DNA of 64,000 nucleotides from Sphyrna mokarran (GCA_024679065.1 JAGIQG010000003.1:36642001-36706000), one strand, 5' to 3'; shown: positions 38,301 through 51,344, counted from the first letter of the stretch. Notes: a model not told the origin generated them from the letters alone. Translations and numbers: made by a program.

Positions 38301-41260
38301 AGTATTTTTTATGAGCTGAACTTTTCTGAACAATGTCTTCCATTGCAATACTGCCCTGCAGCTTCTGTAGTGTGAAGAAAAGTGACAAAAATGGTACATG
38401 TTCTCACAGATTGGAAGCTCGTTCTCCGAAGATGCCAGAGAAGAATGTTTACTTTGCATTCATGTCTTCTTTGGATGAAAAGTATGCATGTATACAACAG
38501 CGACTAATTAACTTGGCATTTCTCATGATGCCAATTGGTATTTCTCATGATGCCATTTCCCAAGCCTCCTTGAGGAAGACAAACCTAACACTATATTCAC
38601 TTGCCTCAGCTGCTTCCATCTATGTAGCTTGCACATCAGATTTAACATTTTGCCAGCTGATTGTTATTCTTGTTTTACTGCAACTTTTGTCACAACACAT
38701 TCAAGTTATTATTGTTTTCTGAGAAAGGCTTAGACATATTCCTCATTGCATATATTTCAGCAAGTTTATGCTTTTACACCTCATTTAAATGCTAGGTTGA
38801 AATTTGGCAAAGGACTTTTAGTTATAATCAGCATTCCTTTAAAAGTTAGTGGCTCAGCTCATCTTTATAAATGCCTACAAAACAAAATGTATCCTTATGT
38901 TCCTGTATGGGGAACATAAAAAATGGGAACAGCATTTTTGTGTAAACTTCAATAAGGACCACCTCGTATATAACTATACCATTGTCATTGATGCAACCCT
39001 GATTTTATAATTCTTGCTAAATCTGAATCCTGATTTCTTATAGTTTAGTGATTCTGGAGTAGACGGTATGTTTCTTATGGTGAAAGCAAAGCAATCCAAT
39101 TCACAATGACCATGGGATGCATACAATGAAAGGTGAATATGGTGGATTCTAACATGCTGAAATCATCAGTAATTGGGGGTAACTCGCTCAAAGTGACATT
39201 TAATGGAATTGCTGCTTCATAATTAGCAATAATGCAGCTTCTACTACACTCTCAGGGAGCTGCTGCTGGATGACTTTGGTGTAAATAGGGGTCCAATGAA
39301 GTAAATAAAACTCCAATTGCCATTTTGGAGAGGAATTGCTTGGAATATGCTGTAAACTCTGACCGCTGATGATGAAGCCGAAGGATCTCTGCCTGAGGTA
39401 AGTTTTTAAGTCATTTTTGTTTAGACCCGGCAAGGCACTACAGAAATAATCTTTGCTGCTCCAGATCCCAGAGCAGTGGTGGGCTATCTGGGTCCAGATG
39501 TTACATGCAGCTCCTCTGGTTCTGAGTGCGGCCCATAAGACATTTTATTGACTTTTGCCCATGCGCAAGGTTATCACATTTCACTAATATTTGTCTGTAT
39601 CGTTTTTTTTTTGCTATCAGTATGACTGAAGCGATATGCATGTAAAACAAGGGCAAGTGTAATGAGATGCATGCTGATTACACACATTAACTATGAGAAC
39701 AGGGCACTCCCTCTGTGTCCATAGTGTAAATATTTATTTTTGATTTTGCCATTTTGAAGTTGATAGTTAAGTGTGCATTTTCTTATAACTCCTTAAGAAT
39801 ATTCACAGTGAGTTAAATGTATTTAATTTTATTTAAGTGGTTATGCGGTCCACTGAGATGAAGGAGGGCCACTCGGGTGGCCCACTCATTAGCCTAAGTT
39901 GCTCATCACTGCTCTGGAAACATAACTGGGGTTATTGCTTTCCCAGCATTTCTCATTTCCAAAAACTGTAAACATCGGACATACCTTCCTGTGACCGTGC
40001 CCTTTGGATCACCTAGCTTGCATGAAGTGATCTGAATTGGGATATAGTTTTAATGGTTCTGCTTTCTTGGACTCCAAATAACTGGGAGGCGCCATTGATC
40101 AGCTGACCTGAAGGACCTGACCTCAATGAGAAAGGAAGTAAATTTACTTCCTATCTTTCAAAATGGAAGAAAGTTATCCCCTCTTTCCCCCCTTCTATTC
40201 CTCCCCCATCCATCCCTCTTTTCTGGCTCCAACATCAACCCCTCTTTCTCCCCCAGAATAATTTACCTGGAACAATTCCAAACAGTGGAAGGAAGCACAA
40301 AAGAAGCAAATGAAAGTAATAATAAGAAACATAACTTGAACAGTGCCAATAATTAGCAAGAGTTTTTATCATTTTAGCCTAGAACTTTGTGTCCAGAGGA
40401 TCATACTCTGGAGGTGCCCCAAGCTGTGTGTTGAGGGATCCTTTTGGAGGTTCCCATAACTACACAGGAATTGCCCAGGAAGTTTCAACTGCATCAGGGA
40501 CCTATCAAAGCTCAACTTAAGTCAATACAGATGAGTTCAGGTGTGACAAATGCCAAGACTTGCAGGGAAACAATATTGGGGCCAACATTAATGTGTACGG
40601 ATTCAGATACATTCAACTGTCTCTCCTGAATCAGTCAGTTATTGAAATTAGCTCCTTAGAATTTAGGATCAAATGTATCAGATACTCCTTTAATTAGAAG
40701 AGAATATTGACTGGTTTCACATGATACAACCCAGAGGGAAACAACACCTATATGTGCAAATACATGAATCCATAATAATTTCTAATGAATCATTTCATAA
40801 ATTATTCACAACTGTCTTGAATTTAATATTAAATAGCATTGTCTGGTTCTTTAATTAGCAAATAAATTATGCAAAATACTGCAGTTGCTGAAAATCTGAA
40901 ATCAAAAGCAGAAAATTCTGGAAGTAAGCAGTAGGTCTAGAGAGAAACAGATTTAAAAGGCCAGATTTACGCTGCAGAGGATGTTAGCTTGAGTCAGGAC
41001 ATTGTTGGCATTGCTCTGCATCACAAACCAGCTGTCCAGTCAACTGAGCCAACCAAGGGTTTGTTTGAACTCAACACTAATTCAAATGGATGTGCTAAGT
41101 TTGGACTCTTGCCCATGTGATTCATTCCCTGCTTCTTTTCCCCCACCAGTCTGGATGGGGATGGAACTTCCACACCTTGCTCCTGTTGCCATTATTGAAG
41201 GTTCTCGCTGAGGCTTACTTTATACAGAGGCCTGCTGTTATTGAGCTGTCTGCTCTGACT

Positions 41261-41938
41261 ATGGGGAAGAAGCGTGTGACCATCATCCTCTCCGGCTGTG
41301 GGGTCTACAATGGCAGTGAGCTACACGAGTCCTCGGCAGCGATGGTTCATCTGAGCCGAGCTGGCGCGGAGGTACAACTCTATGCCCCCAATGTGAACCA
41401 GATGCATGTTGTAAACCATATGACCGGCCAACCAACCGAGGAGGTGCGCATTGTGCTGGTGGAGAACAGCCGGATCGCCAGGGGTAACGTCAAGGACCTG
41501 GGCGAGCTCAGTATTAATGACACCGACGCGCTGATCATTCCAGGTGGTTTTGGAGTTGCTAAGAATCTGAGCAACTGGGCAGTGAAAGGAAAGGACTTCA
41601 CGGTGGAGGCATCAGTCGAATCCACCATAAAGAAATTTCATGCTACAAAGAAACCCATTGGCCTGTGCTGCATCTCTCCAGTGTTGGCGGCTAAACCCAT
41701 TCCTGGGTGTGAATTAACTGTGGGCTATGATACAGAATGTGAAAAGTAGCCCTATGCAAAAACAGACCAAGCCATGGCAGATTTAGGTTGCAAACATGTC
41801 AACAAGCACATGAATGAAACACATATTGATAAGCAAAATAAATTGGTGACGACCAGTGCCTTCATGTGCAATGCTCCCATCCATGAGGTTTTTGATGGAA
41901 TTGGGGAAATGGTGAAAGAGGTCTTGAAGATGGCATAA
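41261..41938 (+). pseudogene. GATD3: Processed pseudogene of a GATD3/ES1-like (glutamine amidotransferase-like class 1, DJ-1/PfpI superfamily) gene
   Basis: Intronless 225-codon frame [33 protein letters not shown]...RIARG...[16 protein letters not shown]...[16 protein letters not shown]...ECEK*PYAKT...NKLVTTSAFMCNAPIHEVFDGIGEMVKEVLKMA*. In-frame TAG at 41747-41749 at the conserved Trp of KWPYA; 3'UTR, ATTAAA and A13 follow. Confidence 0.93.
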
Positions 41939-42071
41939 ATCTTTCAATTGATGGAATAAATTGAAGAGATTCAAAAATTCTATTTACTAGAATATGTATT
42001 TGTCAGTACATTGTGTTTTGAAGGAATATTTAAATCCTTGTATCAGTGTTGTGAAAGCTCTAATTTAACAG

Positions 42072-42101
42072 ATTAAAGGAATGTTCTGAAAAAAAAAAAA
42101 A
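42072..42101 (+). other. Polyadenylation signal and retro-copied poly(A) tail
   Basis: ATTAAA at 42072-42077; run of 13 A at 42089-42101. Confidence 0.85.
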
Positions 42102-42545
42102 TTGGTCCACCTTGTTGTCTAACGAGGGGCATACATGCGATGGGTCATGAGAGGACTGCATTTGGATCTTTTTCGTGAGTATCCTACTGCTTCACGTCGT
42201 TAGTGTGTACTTGACCTGGACCATCTGATGGGCAACACAACAGCTCAGTGACTATCGCTGTGCTGTGCAGATACATGGATTTGGGCCTGTGTCTGTGGGA
42301 GTTTGCGCATTCTCCCCGTGCTTGCGTGGTTTTCTCCGGGTGCTCCGGTTTCCTCCCACATCCCAAAGATGTGCTCTTAGGCTAATTGGCAAAACAAATT
42401 CTCCCTAAATTGTCTCAAATTTGGTTTTTAATCCATAGATCTATAAATACGGACAAGGATCGCGGGTAGAGGTGGGGACATCGGGGTGGCGGCGCGGGCT
42501 CGTTGGGCCGAAGGGCCTGTTTCCCGTGCTGTTTTGTTCTTTGTC
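42102..42545 (+). mobile_element. CR1 LINE 3'UTR (V-domain-containing family) fused to the pseudogene poly(A)
   Basis: Collinear homology to 8399-8825, including TGGACCA-CTGA-GGGCA, ACAGCTCAG-GACTATCG, the V-domain and an identical GCGCGGGCTCGTTGGGCCGAAGGGCCTGTTTCCCGTGCTGT terminus. Confidence 0.9.
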
Positions 42546-43629
42546 TCTAGTGATGATCCAACTATTATGTGAAAATCTGGCTTCTGTTCTAGTGCTATTA
42601 CTTTGTTAGAACTTTTGATGAAAGCTCACAGACATAAAATAATGCTTTGATTGTTGGTATAATCATTGATTTTGCAGTCATTACTTTGCCCTTGTTTTTC
42701 TGACAGTCACACATCCTTCCCTCTACCATAGACATTCATGCTGAAATACCTACTTCTCATGCTCAATGAGTTTGGGCACTTTAGCATCATCACCTGCAGC
42801 TTTACTATCAAATGATGTTGATAGCTTTGCTAAATTTTGGTAACTAGCTGTGCCATGACAGGCAAACTCTGGTGTCTAGAGCTTTCTCAATGACCAGATG
42901 CTCCCTAGAGAATCTTCCTTGTACTGCTCCATCCTTGTCCTCAACTGTTTATTGTAATTGGCGCTGAACTCCTCTGCCTTTAATTTCAGTGGGAACTGCT
43001 TTCTTTGTTGCTGCCTTTTTGATCACATCATCCATGCCCTTTAGACTTCCTTGTGTCGGGGGGTGTTTGGATATTCTGGTAAAGCTGTAACTAGTATAAC
43101 GAGATAGCCAAGGTGCAGTGCGTGACAGTCTATTAGACTTTAATTCAAGAAGCTCTTGAAGCATTCAAAGCTTTTTTTCATCCAGGCCTCCCTTCGCAAT
43201 TAGAGAGCGGATTGCTTGGCTTCAAAGACGGGTTCTATTACCATGATGTTAGCCTCAAACAAGTCAGCGGTTTCTGCTCCAGCTTCCCTCACTTTGATTG
43301 AACAGGTGCTCACCAACATTCCCAGGCAAGAACTGAGGAAAATAGAATATATTTCACAACACCATTTACGAGACTGCACCATTTTAATTTTCTTCAAGAG
43401 CAGAAACTCCAGATTTATGAGTAATGAATCTATTAGAATCGTAGAAACTACAGTGCAGAAGTAGGGCATTCAGCCCATTAAGTCTGCACCGACTCTCCGG
43501 AGCATCTCTCACAGACCCTGTCCCATAACCTGTTAATTCACACTCCCACTAACATGTTAAGTGAAACTGCAGAGCTGACTTTCCCACCAAGGAAAAAATT
43601 ATGGAAAAGTACAATTTTGTCTTGCTTAT

Positions 43630-43835
43630 AGAGACATAGAGAAGATAGGAGCAGGAGGAAGCCATTTGGCCCTTCAAACCTGCTGTGCCATTCATCACAA
43701 TCATGGCTGATTGTCCAACTCAATAGCTTAATCCTGTTTTCTCCCCATAACATTTGATCCCATTTGCCCCAAGTGCTGTATCTAGCTGTCACTTGAATGC
43801 ATTCAATATTTTGGCATCAACTACTTCCTGAGGTA
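43630..43835 (-). mobile_element. CR1 3' end fragment
   Basis: ATAGGAGCAGGAGGAAGCCATTTGGCCCTTCAAACCTGCTG...ATCATGGCTGAT reverse CR1 tail. Confidence 0.8.
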
Positions 43836-44677
43836 GTTTTTAAGCTTGTTGCCTCTGTTTAAGACTGACTGTGTAGATCACTGGACACAGACATTAGGCA
43901 CCATTCTCATTTTCCATTGAAAACAATTGAAAGGAAAATGGCACTGTTTAAGATGGGCAGACAATCCACCTCTACACTAGCTTCAGACATGGGCAGTAAG
44001 TGGAAAATCTAGCTCCCAGGTTTTAAACTAATTTTGTTAGTTTTCATTTCAGAAAGTGGGTTTGAAGAACTAGTAGCTATGGCAGTTATTGGCAAAACAA
44101 AATACAGACTTGATGAAGAACTATTTTTTAAAATCTAATTTAATTAAAGCTTTTTTCCTAGGAGATAATTTTGTAAAACATGAGCAATTTAATTTTCAAA
44201 AGTTTTCAGTTAAGAAAAGCAAGCTAATTGCATCCTCTGTGGAAAATTTTTATTGAGTCTTTCGAATAGCTAACCATGTTGCCTCTGTTAACTAATTGTA
44301 AACATTGGAATTAATTAGTGGTGTGTAAATCACTAAATAAGTATATTGTCACCAAATACAATATTAAAGTGTTTTTCATATTTAAAACTCGCTTGATCTT
44401 GGTAGAGGGCAGGCAGCCTGGGAATAGGGTGTGTGGGTTGTTGATTTGTCAGCAACAGTCCAGGGTGAGTCAGCTTTGATTCTCTCGGCACTCCTCCTGT
44501 TCAGTGCTGCCAGACCTATCATCTTCCCCTCAGCAATACTTCTCACACTAGAACATTTCCTCCAACTATCTCCTTCTCAAGTGCTCCCAGATGCAGTTAC
44601 TCCATTATTTACACTCTGATCCCCATTGAGTCTGACTCAAATTTCTGCTTTTCTCCTACATTTGCTGCCCAACCATC

Positions 44678-44850
44678 CTCCCGGACACTGGTAATCCCCG
44701 CACTGTCACTGCTCCCGGACACTGGTAATCCCCGCACTGTCACTGCTCCCGGACACTGGTAATCCCCGCACTGTCACTGGTAATCCCTGCACTGTCACTG
44801 CTCCCGGACACTGGTAATCCCCGCACTGTCACTGCTCCCGGACACTGGTA
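44678..44850. repeat. 34-bp minisatellite
   Basis: Unit CTCCCGGACACTGGTAATCCCCGCACTGTCACTG: four full copies, one 21-bp partial (44780-44800) and a terminal 16-bp partial. Confidence 0.95.
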
Positions 44851-46495
44851 TTGTTCCAGAATGCTGCAGTCTTTGTTTAGTATTCTCAGACCATGTCTGA
44901 CCCTCAAGCTTTGTAGACTAAAGGACACTCTGATACAGTGGTCCACTCATCAATAGTGACAGCTCTGGGAGACTTTATCCAGTGTTACAAGATCAGGTGC
45001 AACATTATGGACTTGACAATCACCTCTGTGCCCCCCATTTGTTTCTTTATATCCCTTTTTTTATAACCCAAGATGTTCCATAATGACAGACCCGAGTATG
45101 TCCACCCTTGTGAATCAATGCAGTAAAAATGTTGTGCTGTCAGTGCTTTCCCTGTAGTTTCAAAATAACTCAAGATTTTCTCAATCCCAATTCTGTCAGA
45201 TCTAGAAGTCTATCCTGAGCACAATACGGCATCAAAGCCTCCCTGAAAGCAGCACCCAGCCTAACCAATAACTACCACAGTTGTGACCCACCCTAAAACC
45301 CCAGTGTTCCAGATTCTAACTCCTCCCCAGTGCATGCAGTTTTATCCTCTACCACCACAATAATCAAATGTTGATGGCTTTTACAGAAAAATGGACACAG
45401 TTACAAATTTTGTCCTCCAAAGCATCAATAAAAAAGTCTTAGTTTATCATCGATTTTGACAAGTGACATGGAAGTTAAGATCACATTAATATTTGCAAGC
45501 AGTTAGCACTGGCAGTTCTACTGAATGCTTTCAAGTTTGTTTTTATAAAGTGAAAACACAGCCCTGACAACAGCAGCTATAATGACAGTGGATTTAGGGA
45601 TGTTTTGCCAAGAGAAGGATTTATCCTCTACTTAACTTCCCCCCAAATCCTGCTGAGATCCTGTGATTTGAGATTTTCCTGCTTATCTTTTTTTGGATGA
45701 CCCTCTAAATGGACTCTCAATTAGTGCTCCAAGGATGAAAAGAGCACTATGAAGTCCACCTGCCCCACTTCCATCTGTGCCTTTGCACGCTGTCGCTATA
45801 AAGACTTCCTCCCTGCCAACATCGTTTCCACTATCTGTCTGAAAATCTGGAACTGTTTTGGCAATATAAAAGGGTATATTTGCATTGCTCCTCTTTTCAT
45901 CTGTTTCAATTATGAAACAATTTTCCAAGGCGCATAGGAAATGAAAATCTGACAATGCTATAAATAAACAATACACAATTCCTCAATCTTTATGTTTCAT
46001 AATCTTCATAATGCATTGTTGAAATAACTGCACAATTATATGCTGCTGATATAGAATTATAATGCTTTAAAGCAGAATTAAAGGAATCTATGAACACTGT
46101 ATGAACAAGAGAGAGATGGGCAAACTGCCCTGATTTCCTCTTGCCACCTGTCTATAAGCAGAAGGTGTATTGACTTATTGTTAATTATAAGTTTGCAATG
46201 ATCTGTTTTCTCAAATCTACGGTCTGTGTGATCCAATTTGCTAATAACTCACAACAGAACCATGTCATGCTTAACTTGGAAGGTCAGTTTATTTTGCATT
46301 CAAAACCCAAGGGAGGAGTGTTTAAAGCTTCCCACTCCACTATACACAGATAGTAAACAGGGGATAGAAAAAGGAGTTTCACAACTATAGATACTAACAG
46401 TACAATGATTATAAAAGTGAATAATAGTTCATATGATTTCTAGAGTCCAGTGTCAGTGAAATGATAAATCCTTTTACATAAGAGGTCAGTAACAT

Positions 46496-46631
46496 CTGGC
46501 ATTGGACTGGAGTAGGCACAGTAAGAAGTCTCAACAACTCCAGGTTAGGGACTCATTTGGTGAAGGATTAGTGCTCCAAAAGCTCAAGATTCCAAACAAA
46601 TCTGTTGGACTTAAACCTGCCATTGTAAGAG
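46496..46631. mobile_element. Penelope-type terminal fragments in inverted arrangement
   Basis: 46496-46547 is the reverse of, and 46553-46631 the forward form of, the family at 34751-34875 (decayed TTGGTGAAGGA...TCCAAAAGCTC core). Confidence 0.6.
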
Positions 46632-48804
46632 CTCAAGTTCAGCTAGCTGGAAACAAAATTGTAGTTTGCAGTTGATATGGATAGACAAATGAAGTGGATA
46701 CAGAGGCTGAATCAGTTTTGTAAGTGACGGTAGGAAATCTTCCAGCACATACAAGCTCAGAGGACCCAAGAGATTATTTGCTCAGCAGGGTGGCTGGAGT
46801 CCTGTCCAGTTGATAAAATAACAAACTGAAGAATTCTCAATTCACAAAGGCAAAGAGAGATTTCAAAATGGTCATTCGAGTCATGCGACCTTCTTTCTCC
46901 ACAATGGCTTCCAAAAGAGATCTTTATCAAGTGTCAGGAACTGGTTTTGATTTCAGGATTGATGATGTCCTGGTCATTTTGTTGTTGACAGAGTTTTACC
47001 ATCCATATTGAGGGTTTGATATTCTCACATCAGCCCCACATCAGAGGCCCTGCCTACCACGCTATAGAATTATGTCTAGGTTAGGGCAGACAGGATCTTG
47101 GAGGGAATCCTGTCTTTGCAATTTTATGCTGTCCCCATGTGGACTCCCGCTAGTCCCACACTTAGAATGTGCAGGGATGAGTGGGGTGCATAAAACTTTT
47201 TTCATGAAGTTTGCACTTTCATACATTCCTGCATTACATGTTTTTTATTTGATGTATAATTTTAGGCTGATAGTCCAAGCAACTGTTGCTTTCTTCAATA
47301 AAAATCAAGCAACTGGGGTTTGCAAGCTATTAATTTGGATATAAATAGTAGCTGCTTATTTGTAATTACGTGACAAGGTTAAAAAAAAGTGCTCACATTG
47401 GTCATTTCAGAGTTATTAGGCCAGATTTTTAAGCCATTCAAATTCCACACACTTGCACAGTTAAAATAATGTAGGTGGTTTCAGAAATGCAGTCAAGTAA
47501 TTAGACCTTATGCACATTTTATTAAACCACAAGTGACTAACTGGCATTCAATAAATGTTAATTTTCATATAATTATTACAATTATTTTCATTAAATGCTA
47601 TCTCTTTTACCTTCATTTATTATGAAATGCCCATTGAAAAATTGTCAACCTGCTTTTGTGTTTATGCAGCATGTTAATGCTTCTATATTTAATATGCATT
47701 TTACATCTTACCAAAATAGCTTATTGTTTATTATATTTCTATAATTATAGGAGCAATTATTTTTGTTGCTTACCACATGTTGAAAGGAATTGGAGTTTGC
47801 AGCATGTTGATCACCAGTTTCTACTTTAATCAGTTATCCCAATTTTACTAACTCTTAAAGAAGTCAGTTGTATTTGGGAATATTAGAGGTTATTGATATG
47901 TGAATGAAAAATAAGAACTCGTTTGTACTTAAACTGAAGCCAGCAATTTCCTCATTTAGTATACACCTTTAAAAATTCGGTCCATCATGTATCATATATC
48001 TCTATAATTTTGATATGAACAGCCCATAAGGTTAGACTCAAAATGACTACAGATATCTTTCACAACATACCAGTTCCCTTTGTCCTACCACTCATTAGCA
48101 CATCCAGTTAAGGTTCATCTCCAACGATGAAAATACAGTTTCATTTAGAGCATAGTCACTTGGTCAACTCCCATCAACTTAATGCAGGAGGTAAAAGTAA
48201 GAAGCTTATCTGGGGACTTGTTTTTGCATAAGCAAATTTAAACAAATTGCAATCCAAGATCTATTGTAAAAGAGTTCTGTGGTTAAAAAGACAATGACCA
48301 GAATTCTATAGCTGCCCAGTGCCACTGCCAACAAGAATGGAGAATTTGGCTCAGCCAAATCTCTATTCACTGCAGCGGGACTAGAGAATCCCAACTGCGG
48401 ATGAGATTAGAGAATTGGTAAGTCAGAGTGCAGCTTGCCTGTTTCACTGCCATCTGTTTCATCCTGACCTTTTTCATGAAGCAACACTGTCATTTCATGC
48501 TGATCTTTGTGGATCCCTGCAGCTCAGCATCAGTGATTGTATTTTGTGTGATGTTGGAAGGGAAACAGTTAAGCCATTATGGTCATGGCTCAACAAGAAC
48601 AGGTTGGCTTTAACTTAAGCTGCAGGCATGCAATTTACCTGCATGCTTCAGCAATTGGACACCCCACCACAGCTGAATTGTTTGCTCAGCGTGCTCACAG
48701 CTGAAACTATTCTTCCAATGTCCTGATGATTACATTGTATGATTAAAGTAAAAAAAACTAAACTTATTGTTTGCACATTTATTTATATTTTTTTCTCAAG
48801 TTTT

Positions 48805-49105
48805 AATTGTACAGTGCAGAAGGAGGCCATTTGCTCATCAAGTCTGCACCTAACATAATCCCATCCAGCCTCTATCCCTATGCATGTACCTGAGCTACTT
48901 CCACTGACACTAAGGGGCAACATAGCATGGCTAATCCCATCTATCTTTGGACTATAGGAAGAAACCAGAGCACCCAAAAGAAACCCACATAGATATGGTG
49001 AGAATATACTAACTCCACACAGACTATGCCCAAGCTAGGAATTGAACCCAGGTCCCTGGCGCTGTGAGGCAGCAGTTCTAACCATTGCCACTGTACTGCC
49101 CCATT
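48805..49105 (-). mobile_element. HE1/V-SINE-type SINE (tail A)
   Basis: TACAGTGCAGAAGGAGGCCATT...GGAATTGAACCCAGGTCCCTGGCGCTGTGAGGCAGCAG. Confidence 0.85.
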
Positions 49106-51344
49106 TTAAGATCTTTAAAACTTATCTGTAAGGTCTATCATCTCAATTTTCTATTTTTAAAAATGTAAAGAATTATCACAAACAGTAAAAGTTTTGTATT
49201 TTACTCCCAGCAGTGATTTGTTTTGAATATTTCTATTTAAACCATGGACAAGGAAATTACTGCACCTTGCTGTGAGTGAATTAAATTAACATAGTTAAAT
49301 ATGAAATAGTTATTGACTGATGTTATTTCAGATCGCTTGTACTCTCATCTTCAGAGTTTCTTTAGATTACTTCCCTCCAGTGATATCTTGAAACTGCTAT
49401 TTTTCAAAGAAATATTATGGAGGGGAAAATGTTTGCATAAATGAAGGTCTGACTTAGTTCATAATTTTGTAACTATTTGATTGTGAACTCAGCCTTGATG
49501 CTGCTACTGACTCTTCAAACTTCAAAGTCTTATTCCCACAAGAAGATATTGAGGCTTTCCAATAATCATATCAAGACATGCATTTTGAAGAAAATGTGCA
49601 TAACAAGAGCTTTAAATGAGTAAATAATGGCATACAAAAAACATCTTGAGCCCTGAAGCAAGGTGGATAATGAAAAACAGAAATATAATTTTGTTATTGT
49701 CTGCGTTTGACAAATGTTATAAGATTATAACAATTTTCAAGCAAATAAAATGCTTATAGTACAAAAAATATCTGGAGAATGTCAGATTTAATATTTTCTC
49801 TAATATTTCTTTGCAATTTGTGTGCCATAAAGTTTCCACCCATGGTACAATGTTTCTTCTGGCCTGAGGGCAAATGGATGCTTTTTTTTGTGATTGGCTA
49901 ACCTGTAGCAAGCAGTTCCATGAAGAATATCAGTGATGTAGCAACGATGTTTTGGATGTTTCCATTGCTCACTTCATGCTTTGGTTACAAAATAATGTTT
50001 TTTGTTACCAATTTAAAATTTTATTTCAATTCTAAGAATGTGATAAAAGTGTTAGTATGACTAAAACATATATTGAAACGCAAAGTTATAAATTGAACGG
50101 TAATAGCTCAAAGTCTTTTGACACAAGTCATTGTTGATTTCACTGTTGTAGGGGAAAGGCGCTAGGGCTGCAGATAAGGGTGTTACCATGGTGATGAAGG
50201 AGATACCGAGGGAGGAGTCTGGAGAAGGAAAACCCCTCCTCACTGTAACATCACAGGTGGGCAGCATCATGCCAATACCAAGTTGGCATGTGGTCATTCA
50301 GTCATGTGAACTGAATGTGAGGACAATGTTATGAAACACAGTTAAGATGGAAGACTCTTCCTTACATGTGATTAATTCCGTTCATAATGATGTAACATCC
50401 AATTAATGTTTACCTAACTGTATCATTATTAACATCCATCCCCATCATGTGTTTAATTGCCTTCAAATCATCCTCTCAGAAGGACTCACCTTTTTGAATG
50501 TTTACAAAGGATATCATCGTTCATAATATCCTCAAATGCTCTCAGATTTGCAAAATCAAGACGAGCAGCATTTTGGTGCATTACTTGGACTAAATTAAAG
50601 TGTGAGACTGATATTAGTCTGCTCGCATGAGGCTGAATACTGCTGCTGAAGAATTCATTTAAAAACATATTTTTAAGATGAACTTCATTACTATAACTTG
50701 CTATTCAAATTAATTTTAAACCCTCAGAGTGCATACTATTGATTTCACAAAGGGTAATCCTGTGAAATAAAATGCTTAAGAATCTGATTTAGAGCACAAA
50801 TCATTTTTGTTTCCTCTTGCCCAGTCACATCAAAGCATAATGTGCATCTGTTCAAGCTTATGCTTTATTTTCTATTTATGATCCATTGGCATTTGTGAAA
50901 GAGCCCATTACTAATGTGAGCCATCTTTTGATAAATGTGATTTGGATTCTATCTTGCTTTTTGAAGTTTTCTTTCAATGTCATCAGTGCTTTTGTTGGTA
51001 CTATCTAATTGTGCTATATCTTAATAGACCAAAATGTTTTGTTGTGCATCAATATTAACATACTTATCCCTTTGTGGCTAAGTACAAAGCTCTAAATTGC
51101 TGATTTCTGTATTAAATGGCACATTAAATTTTCACTTTTCTCTCGTTAATTTCATTGAAATGGATAGCGTGTAATTTCAACCCTTTCCCATCCAGCAATA
51201 TTTGCAAAAATGTTTGGTGTTGGAAATCTAGCTATTCTATTACACCCCAGCAATAACTTCTGTAACAGTCAGACATAAGAGTAAATAAAGACACAAGCTC
51301 ATGCCTATGTTTCCTGTCTGTGGATATCTAGACACCCCTAGAAT

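Noticed and set aside
41261-41938. Horizontally acquired bacterial elbB, or a functional gene with stop readthrough/selenocysteine
   Set aside because: The poly(A) signal, poly(A) tail and vertebrate-type peptide indicate an mRNA retrocopy. The stop is TAG, not TGA, at a conserved Trp, one substitution from TGG.
42102-42270. HDV-like ribozyme starting at the GGTCCA stem
   Set aside because: The expected nested pseudoknot elements (GG after P1', P2/P3, catalytic J4/2) could not be identified by eye.
44678-44850. CRISPR-like array of about 34-bp repeats
   Set aside because: Units are head-to-tail with no unique spacers, there are no cas genes, and the context is vertebrate; it is a minisatellite.
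46225-47030. Possible solo LTRs (also about 13760-14521 and 62525-63490)
   Set aside because: Only TG...CA-like ends and reverse AATAAA-like hints; no TSD or second copy to support them.
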